The notes under the pieces are model-generated. The model did not search any database. It had not been told where the DNA came from and worked only from the letters and a program-made list of their open reading frames with translations. From Octopus bimaculoides (taxonomy: Eukaryota): a stretch of 47,487 bases of DNA. Shown piece by piece: positions 22,046 to 34,402 of the stretch (positions are counted from its first letter, which is position 1; the number at the start of each line of letters is the position of its first letter). The position numbers and the translations under genes are program-made. Location of the stretch: positions 122,833,891 through 122,881,377 of the forward strand of contig NC_068981.1 of the NCBI RefSeq assembly GCF_001194135.2, written 5' to 3'.

Positions 22046-22236
22046 GTATCTACTATGGTATCACCATATCAATTGTATCATTTGCCACGGCCATGACAGT
22101 ATTCACCTTAAATATTCACCACAAGGGAGCACGTGGACACGAAGTCCCCATTATCATCAAGAAGATCTGTTTCGGTATTTTAGCGAAGATTTTCTGCATG
22201 CGTCTGGAGAAGCCTAACAATAAGTCATCAAACGTG
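22046..22236 (+). CDS. Internal exon of a nicotinic acetylcholine receptor / Cys-loop channel subunit (M3 helix and start of M3-M4 loop), alpha7/alpha9-10-like
   Basis: Acceptor TGTCATCTCTTACAG at 22045 (phase 1). Peptide (G)IYYGITISIVSFATAMTVFTLNIHHKGARGHEVPIIIKKICFGILAKIFCMRLEKPNNKSSNV shows M3, LNIHH and the conserved post-M3 P. Donor GTG|GTAGGT at 22237 (phase 0), with an alternative AG|GTATAT at 22241. Confidence 0.92.
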
Positions 22237-23869
22237 GTAGGTATATTATGATTTAATGTTGTAGTTTTTGTTGTCTGCTTTTTTATGCCTCTGTCGATGT
22301 TTATAGCAGATATGATATTTGATGGGGTTAATAATGTTACTCTTGCTCCTACATTTTGGACTAAGTTTGGTCGTGTTCTATTTTTTGCAGGCTACACTGT
22401 AATATTCCTTATTTACTTGTTTGATTAACAACAGATCGAGACATAGGGCTATGTTATTAAAAAGATATTAATTTATTATTATCAGTCAAATGAACAACAT
22501 CACTTATGAAAACATAAATGTAACTCAATCAATATTTGTTTTTAAGGGCTTTAAATGTAGAAAGATGAAGTTAGCTAATTTCAGCATCATTTTAAATATC
22601 ACATAATGTATGCACAATCCTCATAAAATTTCATTTGTAAACACAATAAAAGATATTGAAAGAAATGTTAGTACATAAATTTTTTGCTTAATTCTAAAAA
22701 CTGAGTTCCCTCTCAAATTTGGCGAAGTACCCTCTCAAAACAATTACATTAGTTAGAATTTTACGTTAGTATAATATTTTTCCAAGAAAAAGTGTGTTTA
22801 ACAAGGAAATTATAGATGAAATCAGACTAGAAGGAAAACTTATGCAATCAGACAATGAAAATTCCTTAAGTTTCATATGCTTTGCAACATAACTTTAGCA
22901 TTAATTTGCCGTTTAATTCTTATTCCAATTGTTTTCCTCATTTACAATTGCCTCATTTTCTCTCAGCTTGTAAGACATCTGCTGTGTATAATACAAATAT
23001 AAACAATTTTATTCGTCTCTACAAGCACAGATCAATCCACTACCTGAATGAGACGTCATCAATCATGACATCGCTAAAAGAAAAGTTATACATCACTATC
23101 GAAAACAATATTGAAAAGTAATTTTATCATTCGCAGAGAAAATTTTCAAAGCAGATAAAAATGTATCAGTTTAGGAGGCAATAGTATTGAAATAAATGTT
23201 ACTTCAAATACATCTGTGACTTATTAGAGAACAGTATTACTAACAATCCAATATCAATTATATAGATGGATCGAGTTAATATTTTTTTCGCTTAGCATAA
23301 TGAAAATAATTTTCTTTTGATGTTATTTGTTTTACTTGATATAAGGGAAAAGGCTTTATCGAAATAGTGGTCTAAGATATATTCCTTAGTAACAACTATC
23401 CCAGTGATTGAGGAGATAGTTTCTTCTTCAGCAAGCAAGTGCAGAAGGAGAAACAATCTTATGGTGTAAAACAGTATGCCATGAAAGCATCCAGTTCACT
23501 ATAGTCCTTTAAATAGTTAAATTCAATACCATCCATTTGATGGACAGGGGCAAGCACAGAAATCACAGGTTAGTAACACACTTTTGATTTAACTACCTAA
23601 ATATGAATACATATTCATACTTAATTACCGTACACCACACACACGCATAAATACATACATACATATACTCACACGCATGCACGGAAATGTATGAAAATCT
23701 TGTAACTGAATACTCTATGCTAAATTTAGGACCTTATATATTAAATTTTCTCTATCAAATGTATTGATAGAGAATGTATTGATTTCTCTTTTATTTTCTT
23801 CGGGGTATTTCTGGGTATTTAAGAATGCTCCAAACACACTACCAGCTATCAGCGTGTCTCTGAATCAAT

Positions 23870-24112
23870 CGTTCTATCTATCTGACTGACAGTCTGTTTC
23901 TTTATCTCTTTGTCTATCTGTCTTTCAATCTATTACACCTATCAGTCTTTTAGTCTGTCTGTCTATCTGTGTATCTATTTGTCAATCTGTATATATGCCT
24001 ATCATTCTGTCTATCTACTTGTCTGTCAGCTTATCAATCTGTTTCTTTATGTATCCATTTGTGTGCCTATTAGTCTGTCTATCATTCACTCTATTTGTCT
24101 GTCTATATATCG
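23870..24112. repeat. Degenerate (TCTA/TCTG)n simple repeat
   Basis: Decayed CTAT/CTGT tetranucleotide periodicity. Confidence 0.75.
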
Positions 24113-26379
24113 ATCAGTTTATGGTAGTATGTGTGTAACACTTAAAATGTTTTACTAACGGAAATTACTGACATTATTGTCAGCAGATATGTTTTTATAT
24201 TCCGACTTCAAAAATTTCCCACATTTCAAACAAAATCTAGAGATAGAAGACGACTGCGTTCTTCAAACTCATATGAATGAGGATATACAGTGCTATTCAA
24301 AGTTATGTTTCAGAGAGATAGAGAGAGAGACAGAGAAAGACTGGAAGAAGGGGTTAAAAATAGAAGTCGTGAATTTTGATCCCGACGATTATGTCACTGA
24401 ATAATGAAGATGTCACTGAAGAATTAAAATCACATTAGTAATATGAATTTTATATGGATATTTACTTAAAATATTTAGTATCCAAAAATAAAAAAAAAAT
24501 ATTAGATATATAAAAATGCATTAATTTTTGTTCAGCTGATTCAATTAAAAGAAAACTGTGATATTTTCGAGTAGTTCGGTTAATTTCTTTTAATAAATTC
24601 GCATAAAAATATTCATAACCTAAATTGATTTCGCTGTAGTAGTTAAGTACACCAAATAATTAGATCTTGCGAACAGAATACTGATGCTTTAAATGTGAGT
24701 GATCTCATTATTTTATAACTGTTACAATCTTAACACATTTTACTACATTCATTTCTCATTTAAATCATATAGAGTTAAGGGCTAATCTACATAAACTATG
24801 AATGATGCCTTACGGCAGTTTGATAGGTGGACTCCGTGATTTTTAAAATTTATTTACACAGAATTTGAAATGCGAATTTACAGATCGAAAATCGTACCTT
24901 TTAACTGAGTCCAGTAAACAAAGATCAATGCTATTGGGTTACAAATTACAGTTACAAAAATATTTTACTTTACTCCCAGCATAGCTTTTATGCGTATCAG
25001 CAAACCTATATGCAAATAAACTAGGCATACGAACTATGTATGATTGAAGAAAAAGCATAAACAATTCAGCTTACATTCATTTCTAATCAGTCTCGATCGG
25101 TTGTTTTGCTACAAGTTTTGAGGTTCTTGATAATGTATTTGCCTTGCCTCAAGAACAGTTACCATTTCGGGTAACTGTTCTTTTTGCTACTTAATGACAC
25201 AGATACCAGTACTCTAGTTTCTAGCTGAATGTCAGTATATTTGTTATATAATTATATGAAGACAGTAGAAGCTATAACATAAATAGACCTTATAGGTTTA
25301 TAGAAATGCCTTATAGAATTTACTTATGTCATTGAACTCGAGGTAAGCACTAGTTCGTCCTATGTCTCAATTTTTCAGTGATAATATTCACAAGAAAGCC
25401 TCGGTTTTTTTATAGTAGGAGATTTGAGTAGGGTATATAGCGGTTATTTCAAATATGTTACAAGACCTAGTTTTAGATCTGTCTTCGGTAAAGTTGCTGT
25501 TTGGACTTCATATTATTTCGCTACGGGCTGTGGGCTCAGTATTTATTACAATGTTAAAGCAATTACATATGTTCATAATACTGGTATCATTTCAAAATAG
25601 GGTCTACTGTGAAAATGCATCGGTAGGTGCTTTAACTCTATATACATCAGCATCACAATTGTAGAGCTAAGAGATATAGCAGACAGTTGACCAGAGGTAT
25701 TGATATGAAAATATAAAGTCGAATTAAGGGATCTCACATATCATACAAGATGAATTTGCAATTTATTGAAATTGTATTCCAATGGAGAAAAGGATGAACA
25801 AGTGCCTTATGGCAACTGAGATCAACTTCAAATGAAAAGGGGAGATTATCTCATAAATGAAGAATTCTCCGAAACTGACGTATCATTAGGCAAATACAAT
25901 CTGATTGTCTAGTGATAAATGGAGAGCTTTGACCAAGTGCTTATGTTTCTATATGCGTCTTCATCACAGCAATTTTAGTGTCGTGAATTCAGTAGATATA
26001 TTGAGGGTACAAAACTTTTAATCCTGGGGGTAATTTGCAACGAAAATAAGATTAGAGAAATGATTCACCTGGCCACTGGCTACCCTGAATTACATCTAAT
26101 ATTTTCTATATGTTTCAATTATGCAAATTACACTAGCCATACATAAACAATACATATGATATATAAACAATATAGATATTTTATAAATACTAATCCTAAT
26201 GCACGACGCACAGATTTAAAATCAAAGACGAAGAGTAATAAAACAAATGCTATAGAGAATCATTACAGAGAATTTCTGCTTCTTGAGATTATTTAATGTT
26301 CTCATTTGGAGTTCATCTCAATTGTGATTTTTAGATCATTTAGTGTGGCCCTTGTTTATGTTCGGGATATATATTTGAT

Positions 26380-28665
26380 AGTAGTTTACCAAGCCTAAAA
26401 GTGCATGTAACAATTTGCCTTTCTTTGGGGGAGGGATAGCCCGTATTGCTGTTGTCCTTGATGGATTTAGTCTTCGTCCCCTTTCGTCAATTACTTGAGC
26501 AAAATATTTGATTTTTTCATCAAAAATTCACGCTTTTCATCTGTTACTCTAATCCCGCATTCATATATTTTTCCGAATACTTTTTGATAGTTTGGAAGTG
26601 TTTCTCACTGACTCACACCTTATCAAATTATCTTCGAGATAAACGAAAGCGAAGTCGCAATCATTCAACATTGCGTCCATCACTTGTTTGAATATGGTAG
26701 GAGCCACTTTTACTCAAAAAGAAGCCGCTTGAATTTATACAATCTTCGGTGTATTGGTTGTTAAAAAGTGTACACAGTCTTCCTCTGTCTGTAGGCAGGC
26801 CTTTGAGAGGTCTAGGTTCGAGAAACTTTGTCCTCCATTTAGTAGGGGTTTGGTAATGGATAATAGTCTTCGACTAAACAGTCATTTAATCCAGTTGAAA
26901 AGTCCGCACACACTCTTTCTTTTTTTCTTTCTCTACACAGTCTGAATGGTCGACTTTTTCAATCTTAGCTAGTCTGTCTAGTCTTTCAAGCTCTTTATTG
27001 ACCTGGTCGAACGCTGCAAATGGCACGTTCCATTTGAGCCTAAAACCTGTTGTTGCCTTTTCTTTTACCGCGATCCTCATTTTTGTTTTAGTGCAACATC
27101 TAATACTCCCAAAAAACATTTGGAAACACTTAAAAAAATTGTTTGTCTCAGTTGTTCGACTTCATTCGAATTTTTGACTGTGCCAACTACATTTTCACAG
27201 AGAACACTAATGGGGATATCCCACAATTTAAATAGTTCCATGCATTCTGTGCCAAATCGGTTTAGTGATTTTTGTCAACACATAAACGATTGTTCCTTTC
27301 ATTTCACCTCCATAAGTTATGTGCAAATACATTCGTCGATGAAATATAATTTCTTTCCTCCAACACCATATGCTACTTTATTTGATTTAAATAATTTCGG
27401 CTTACCGTTTTGTCATATCGCCTCATCTATGATAGTGATGTTACTACCCGTGTTTAAATGCATGTTGACACTAGTTGTTTTGATTATCACCCTTATGAAT
27501 TTTCTGTTCGCATACAAACATTTAACTCTGATGACAAACTATTCTTTTCTCGTTTGGTCCAGTTCTCCTCATCTTAGTTCTGCAGTGCGATTTAATGTGT
27601 CCTGTTTTCCCACAACGAAAACACTTTACTGTTTTGAACGGACACGCTTGTCTCAGATGCCTATCACGGCATGCCGTACAAGGGTTTATCTTCTGCTCTA
27701 TATCATATTTGTTATGAAACTATTTATCTGTGCCCCGACTTTTCTACACTGGTTTTATCTGTAAACAATATCTGCGTTGGGTTTTGTCTGTGTCTTACTT
27801 TTAATATCATATCACATTCTTCTGACGTTTCTGGAGAGTTATATCCTGGTTCATTTCCAGTTTTGCGAGAATTTTCCTTCTGAATTCTCTGTCCTTTCCT
27901 AAGTCCCTTAAGAAAAATCAGGCACTTAAACGAGTTTGGAGTTAGTTTATCCAGTTTAAATATCCCGCACTCTCTGTTCACTCTACTCGCATATATGGTA
28001 AAGTCTTCGTCATCTCTTTTCTCAGTGTTCAAACACTTCCAACGTATGTTGAACAACGATGTTTTTTCACTAAATGCCCTACGTAAAATATCAATAATGT
28101 TTGTGAAATTTACGTCAGAAACTTTCTTAGGCAATATAACGTTGCAGTATTTTTCGTGCCCTGTCGTCGCCAGTTTCTTCAGAATTAGACATGTTTTCAT
28201 TTCGTCTGTCTAGTCTTAGCATTATCTTTCGAAAATTTGTTCAAATCTTCGGTAATATACCTCGAAGGTGATTCTTTCTTCCGGATCATATTTAAATTCA
28301 TTTATTGAATTTACTACATGGTCTAGCGAAAACGTATTTTCCGGTTTGGTTACCAACTTCATTAGTTGTAGCATTTGTTACTATAACATGTGTTGTTGTT
28401 CATGCTGTTCTTTTAGTTGTTGCTGTTGTTTTTGCAAGTCAACTGGCCCTCTAACAAGTTTTCCATGATTTAACCGGTTTTTCGTAAAATATGTACAAAA
28501 AGAATGTTTGTTACTCCACTGTCAAGTTTTTAATTTCTTCGAGTGAAAACATTTTCAACGCTGTCCGCGTGAATTATTTATATCCTCTTCACCACTATAA
28601 TAATGTCAATCCTCGTTCATTTGTATGTTGTCGGTACTGTAATATTCGTGTCGCCACAATTACGT
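26380..28665 (-). mobile_element. Decayed Ty3/Gypsy LTR retrotransposon internal region (gag, protease, RT; 3' part missing)
   Basis: gag ATG near 28466 with EFKYDPEERITFEVYYRRFE and ILPKKVSD...SLFNIRWKCL...FKCLIFLKGL. Zinc knuckle CFRCGKTGHIKSHC at about 27581-27623, protease LNTGSNITII, RT VPFAAFDQVNKELERL, and GVKVAPTIFKQVMDAML...AFVYLED. PBS-like TGGCGAC at 28650-28656. Confidence 0.92.
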
Positions 28666-28902
28666 TGTTATTATCTTTGACTCGTCTATCGTGCTATCAC
28701 TGACAGCTTCGCAATACAACGGCCCTGAAATGTCTACCTTGACGGTAACTCGAACTCGTATGTATCAGGTAACTGACACTAACTCCAACTGAGAACTCAT
28801 ATAATGACCCTACTACTACTGACTTTCTACAACGACTGACTTTATAGTGGCTGGTCATACCATTTTGTCACGGTGGAAGAGGTGTAGCATTTTCACTATA
28901 AC

Positions 28903-28903
<1 letters not shown>
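28666..28903 (-). repeat. Probable 5' LTR of the Gypsy element (238 bp)
   Basis: The minus strand begins TGTTAT and ends ATAACA (inverted termini), followed within about 10 nt by the PBS-like TGGCGAC. The outer end abuts a TA/TG run. Confidence 0.6.
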
Positions 28904-28938
<35 letters not shown>

Positions 28939-29620
28939 NNNNNNNNNNNNNNNNNNNNNNNNNNNNNNNNNNNNNNNNNNNNNNNNNNNNNNNNNNNNNN
29001 NNNNNNNNNNNNNNNNNNNNNNNNNNNNNNNNNNNNNNNNNNNNNNNNNNNNNNNNNNNNNNNNNNNNNNNNNNNNNNNNNNNNNNNNNNNNNNNNNNNN
29101 NNNNNNNNNNNNNNNNNNNNNNNNNNNNNNNNNNNNNNNNNNNNNNNNNNNNNNNNNNNNNNNNNNNNNNNNNNNNNNNNNNNNNNNNNNNNNNNNNNNN
29201 NNNNNNNNNNNNNNNNNNNNNNNNNNNNNNNNNNNNNNNNNNNNNNNNNNNNNNNNNNNNNNNNNNNNNNNNNNNNNNNNNNNNNNNNNNNNNNNNNNNN
29301 NNNNNNNNNNNNNNNNNNNNNNNNNNNNNNNNNNNNNNNNNNNNNNNNNNNNNNNNNNNNNNNNNNNNNNNNNNNNNNNNNNNNNNNNNNNNNNNNNNNN
29401 NNNNNNNNNNNNNNNNNNNNNNNNNNNNNNNNNNNNNNNNNNNNNNNNNNNNNNNNNNNNNNNNNNNNNNNNNNNNNNNNNNNNNNNNNNNNNNNNNNNN
29501 NNNNNNNNNNNNNNNNNNNNNNNNNNNNNNNNNNNNNNNNNNNNNNNNNNNNNNNNNNNNNNNNNNNNNNNNNNNNNNNNNNNNNNNNNNNNNNNNNNNN
29601 NNNNNNNNNNNNNNNNNNNN

Positions 29621-30230
29621 GAAGAGAAAACACAATATCCCATCCCAAAATAAACGTATATCAAAAAATCTTTGAAATCAACTAGATTATGGATGGGAGA
29701 TAACAGCTTACTCAGTGTAGCCGCCTTCAGCTTCCACATCGATTTCAAGAAGCTTCCGAAACCGGTCGCATGTGTTCCTCACTGTTTCCAGGGAAAGATC
29801 TTCGAACAAATCCCTGAACTCGACCTTGGTGGGTGCTGCAGGCAAAGCGGTGTCTTTCTCAACTGCGCTCGTGAACGTGTAGAAATTCTCCGACAACCAC
29901 ACGTAACTCGTTCCGGAGGAATGGCACTATGCTGAATCCTGCTGTCATAAATATGGCCTTCCTGTAGGTACTGTTTCCAACGAGGGTTTGGCCACAATCT
30001 CCAACAGCTTCACATTGACATCAGAATTGAGCCTAAGGCCCTTTTCCGAGTGTGGGGATGAATTCCAGAGTGCAAAAGCACTCAAAACTCTTGCCAGTCC
30101 ACTTCATCGCGGCCACGGCTTCGTAGTCTCCGTTGAGTTTTCTCTGTCACGTTTTACAACCTTTAAATTATTCACAGAGCAGTGAGCAGAGGTCATATTG
30201 TTTGCATCTTAATACTCGGCGTGAATTATA
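29621..30230 (-). mobile_element. Decayed IS630-Tc1-mariner transposase, maT/DD37D-like, C-terminal part
   Basis: GLRLNSDVNVKLLEIVAKP...GRPYL*QQDSA*CH...WLSENF...AVEKDT...TCDRFRKLLEIDVEAEGGYTE* with stop at 29708. The WPPNSPDLNP block is absent. Confidence 0.75.
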
Positions 30231-30444
30231 ATGAAAGAGTTAACTCTTTTTCAATATTCAAATGACTTCCAATCCATACCGTTGATTGTTTCCAACGTTG
30301 ATTATTCTGCGGCACTCATACTGTATTATTTCTTATTCGGTGGAAATATCTTTGATGAGAAAACTTAAGGAATTATTATTGGGATACTTAAGTCAGAATT
30401 ACAGAGAAATAGTGTCACAGAATGTGAATTTTTGTGTAGGTGAG

Positions 30445-30570
30445 AAAAGAAGAAGAGGAAGTGGAAGAAGAAGAAGAAGAAGAAGAAGAAGAAGAAGAAG
30501 AAGAAGAAGAAGAAGAAGAGGAAGTAATAGTAGTAGTAGGTGGAGGAGGAGGAGGAGGAGAAGAAGAAAC

Positions 30571-30626
<56 letters not shown>

Positions 30627-30653
30627 GAGAAGAAGAAGAAGGAGAAGAAGAAG

Positions 30654-30685
<32 letters not shown>

Positions 30686-30722
30686 GGAGGAGGAGGTGGA
30701 GGAGGAGAAGAATGAGGCGGAG
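30445..30722. repeat. Compound trinucleotide microsatellite (AAG)n/(AGT)n/(GGA)n
   Basis: Direct reading. It produces the spurious poly-R/E/S/V ORFs. Confidence 0.97.
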
Positions 30723-31459
30723 NNNNNNNNNNNNNNNNNNNNNNNNNNNNNNNNNNNNNNNNNNNNNNNNNNNNNNNNNNNNNNNNNNNNNNNNNNNNNN
30801 NNNNNNNNNNNNNNNNNNNNNNNNNNNNNNNNNNNNNNNNNNNNNNNNNNNNNNNNNNNNNNNNNNNNNNNNNNNNNNNNNNNNNNNNNNNNNNNNNNNN
30901 NNNNNNNNNNNNNNNNNNNNNNNNNNNNNNNNNNNNNNNNNNNNNNNNNNNNNNNNNNNNNNNNNNNNNNNNNNNNNNNNNNNNNNNNNNNNNNNNNNNN
31001 NNNNNNNNNNNNNNNNNNNNNNNNNNNNNNNNNNNNNNNNNNNNNNNNNNNNNNNNNNNNNNNNNNNNNNNNNNNNNNNNNNNNNNNNNNNNNNNNNNNN
31101 NNNNNNNNNNNNNNNNNNNNNNNNNNNNNNNNNNNNNNNNNNNNNNNNNNNNNNNNNNNNNNNNNNNNNNNNNNNNNNNNNNNNNNNNNNNNNNNNNNNN
31201 NNNNNNNNNNNNNNNNNNNNNNNNNNNNNNNNNNNNNNNNNNNNNNNNNNNNNNNNNNNNNNNNNNNNNNNNNNNNNNNNNNNNNNNNNNNNNNNNNNNN
31301 NNNNNNNNNNNNNNNNNNNNNNNNNNNNNNNNNNNNNNNNNNNNNNNNNNNNNNNNNNNNNNNNNNNNNNNNNNNNNNNNNNNNNNNNNNNNNNNNNNNN
31401 NNNNNNNNNNNNNNNNNNNNNNNNNNNNNNNNNNNNNNNNNNNNNNNNNNNNNNNNNNN

Positions 31460-31515
<56 letters not shown>

Positions 31516-31932
31516 TAATATATGTATGTATGTGCGTGTGTGCGTGTGCGTGTGATCTATGCCGATCCTTTTTTCGCGAAAATGGAGTTAAAAAAGATGG
31601 CTTCCAAGCGTTTTTTATATGTTTTCTAGCAATTTTTGTAGATATTTTTTAAAATTCGGTTATAAATTATGAACGAACCCAGCGTTATCTCTATAAGTGC
31701 TAAGTATGAATAAGCGTGCATGCGTTATATTGTTTTGTATGTGTCAAATTGTTAAGTGCACATTAGCCAAATATTTTTTTAAATGCGTTAGTATGCATTT
31801 TGAATATTAGCTCTATGCATCTATCTACTTGTCTACCTATCTATCTATCTATCATCTATCCGTCTATCTATTTATCTATATGTACCTATGTGTGTGACTG
31901 TGTACACGAATGTTTGTATATATGTTTGAGTA

Positions 31933-32155
31933 TATGAGGGGTTGCTGAAAAGTTCCTGGATTTGGATAAAAGAAAATACAGGAGAGTCAGCTAATTATGA
32001 TTTTATTCAACATATATCCCCTCATAGATTCACACAATTATTGCAGCGGTCCTTCAGTTTTTCTTAGCCTTGTAAAAGAACTCGGAGAGGTTAGGCCTCC
32101 AACTAGACCCTTCGTGATACCCTTTAAGTCAGTAACTTTTCAGCTCTCCCTCATA
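31933..32155. mobile_element. Mariner-derived MITE
   Basis: TIRs TATGAGGGGTTGCTGAAAAGTT...AACTTTTCAGCTCTCCCTCATA with TA ends. A second copy lies at 33154-33368. Confidence 0.85.
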
Positions 32156-32391
32156 TGTATGTGTACGTGTGCGTGTGTTTATATTTACCGTTCTCTATTT
32201 CTCTTCGCGATTCTTTGCGATGTTCATATAGGGCGTGGCTAGTTTCACTCAACTAAACAAATTTTCATCACTGCACTGTGGACTACCGAAACAATACCAC
32301 TAACAACGACAGGGAATATTTGCATGCTAAATTTCAGAAACCTCATGAATATTTACAACATTCTGTTTACTGTTCAAATTTCCTGTGTATT

Positions 32392-32826
32392 ATCTTTTAG
32401 TAGCCTCAGTCATTAGACTGCTGTCAAGCTGGGACACCGACTTGAAGAAATTTTAAGCAAATGAATCGAACCCAGTGCTTATTTTTTAAAGCTTGCTACT
32501 TATTATATCGGTTTGTTTTGCCGAACCGCAAAGTTACGGGAACGTAAACACACCAAGTGGTGGCGGACAAAGACATACACAAAGACACACACACACACAC
32601 ACACACATACACACGCACATACGCAAACACGCAGGAACACTCACATATAGATGCACATGTATTCACAAGGTTTCTTTCATTTTCCATCTACCAAATCAAC
32701 TCATAAGGCTTTGGTCAGCCCAAGGCTATAGTAGAAGATACTTGCCCTAACTACCATGTTGTGCAACTGAACCAGGGACCTTGTGGTAGAGAGTCAAGCT
32801 ACTTATCACACAGTCACGCCTGCGCC
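32392..32826 (-). mobile_element. SINE family A, full length and diverged, with internal (CA)n
   Basis: The reverse complement starts GGCGCAGGCGTGACTGTGTG and contains the head, AGGGCAAGTATCTTCTACTATAGCC, the microsatellite, and the family A 3' half. Confidence 0.85.
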
Positions 32827-33153
32827 TGTATATTGATAACATGTACATTTGTAAGCCTGAGTACCTCTGTATTTCAAACTTTTTCTCTTTTATGAGTTAG
32901 TTAGAAAGAGACGATAGTGTCCACGACCTCTTCATCTCCAACGAAACTGGTGGAGTAGGAAATAAATACATCTTCAGATTGGATAACTGACCTGAATGCT
33001 AGACGAGTAGACTCAATTAAAAGTACCATATTCATGGTTTTTCATTGGGCGATGTATTAGACATCTGAGAATATAAGCAAGTTTATCAATACTTAAAGAG
33101 AATAATGAAGGCGTTTGGTTTCTGTGCACTTTGTGTGTGGTTCAATATGTGTA

Positions 33154-33362
33154 TACAAGGAGGTACTGAAATATTCTTGGCTTTTGAGTAAAAGAAAATA
33201 CAGGAGGACCAGTTGATTATGATTTTATTCAACATATTCCCTCTCAGATTCACACAATTATTACAGCGCTCGGTCAGTTTTTCTAAGCCTTGTAAAAGGA
33301 TTCGGAATGTTCGGCTTTCAAACTGACCTTTCGCAATAGCCTTCAAGCCAGAAACATTTCTG

Positions 33363-33368
<6 letters not shown>
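33154..33368. mobile_element. Mariner-derived MITE, second copy, followed by (CT)n
   Basis: Shares AAAAGAAAATACAGGAG...TTATGATTTTATTCAACATAT...AGATTCACACAATTATT with 31933-32155. TIRs are degenerate. Confidence 0.8.
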
Positions 33369-33432
<64 letters not shown>

Positions 33433-34259
33433 TATAAACATAACCGGGTTTATATCTTGTTTACTTTGTACAAAAGGAGGTCACCAGATTATATTCAGAC
33501 AGATTTTCTGTAAAAGTTACAAATTTCAAACTGTTGTCTCGTAATGCAGTTATGCGCTGTCGGGACTAAAAATGTTCGCACTGTGGACCATTAATTGTAA
33601 GTGGTAATTATATGGATTTCTATCTTTACCTTCTCTTAATTCTCCCAGAAATTTTATGCGAGACCGAAATAAGAAAATAAACACATGAAACGTTGTGATC
33701 AGATATTGATTGTGATTGTGTTCGACATATGGAATTGTATACCCCATCATAAACCTATCACGTATACGTGCGTCTGCTTCGTGTGCATCTTTGGCCGTAT
33801 GGCTTCTGTATGATGTCACATACACATGGATATATACGCCGATATATGCAAGCATATANNNNNNNNNNNNNNNNNNNNNNNNNNNNNNNNNNNNNNNNNN
33901 NNNNNNNNNNNNNNNNNNNNNNNNNNNNNNNNNNNNNNNNNNNNNNNNNNNNNNNNNNNNNNNNNNNNNNNNNNNNNNNNNNNNNNNNATATATATATAT
34001 ATATATACATATATATGAAGAGAAAACAACTATTTAAATATGTGCATACATATAAAAATGTGTGTATATGTGCATATGTTCGTATCTATCCATATGCATT
34101 TTTGCATGTCTTCAGATACAACCGCATGTCAATGGTGTGTGGAATAACATTGTTATGCAACATGAACTATCACTTTTAGACAGGTGAAGTATATTTAGAA
34201 AGATAGAGTTATCTTCTCATACGTTATTGACTCACAATGGCCAGGTCCGTGACAGGATT

Positions 34260-34402
34260 ACTCCTTTTTGCCTGTTGAGTGAACTGGAGCAACGTGAAAT
34301 GAAGTGTTTGGCTAAAAAACACAACGCGTCGACTGATCCAGGAATCGAAACCACAATCTTACAATCATGAATCCAACACCCTAACTACTAAGTCACACTC
34401 CT
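34260..34402 (-). mobile_element. SINE family C, partial
   Basis: Reverse complement AGGAGTGTGACTTAGTAGTTAGGGTGTTGGATTCATGATTG...GGTTTCGATTCC matches the head at 14523. Confidence 0.75.

Noticed and set aside
24177-24404. 75-aa acidic ORF 2 kb downstream of the receptor exon as a loop exon
   Set aside because: No receptor motif, it includes a (GA)n run, and there is no convincing in-phase splice pair. Possibly a TE remnant.
27120-27764. 214-aa + strand ORF
   Set aside because: It is the antisense shadow of the decayed Gypsy gag/protease region and has no recognisable motifs.
30286-30722. Poly-Arg/Ser/Glu/Val ORFs
   Set aside because: Translations of a compound trinucleotide microsatellite.
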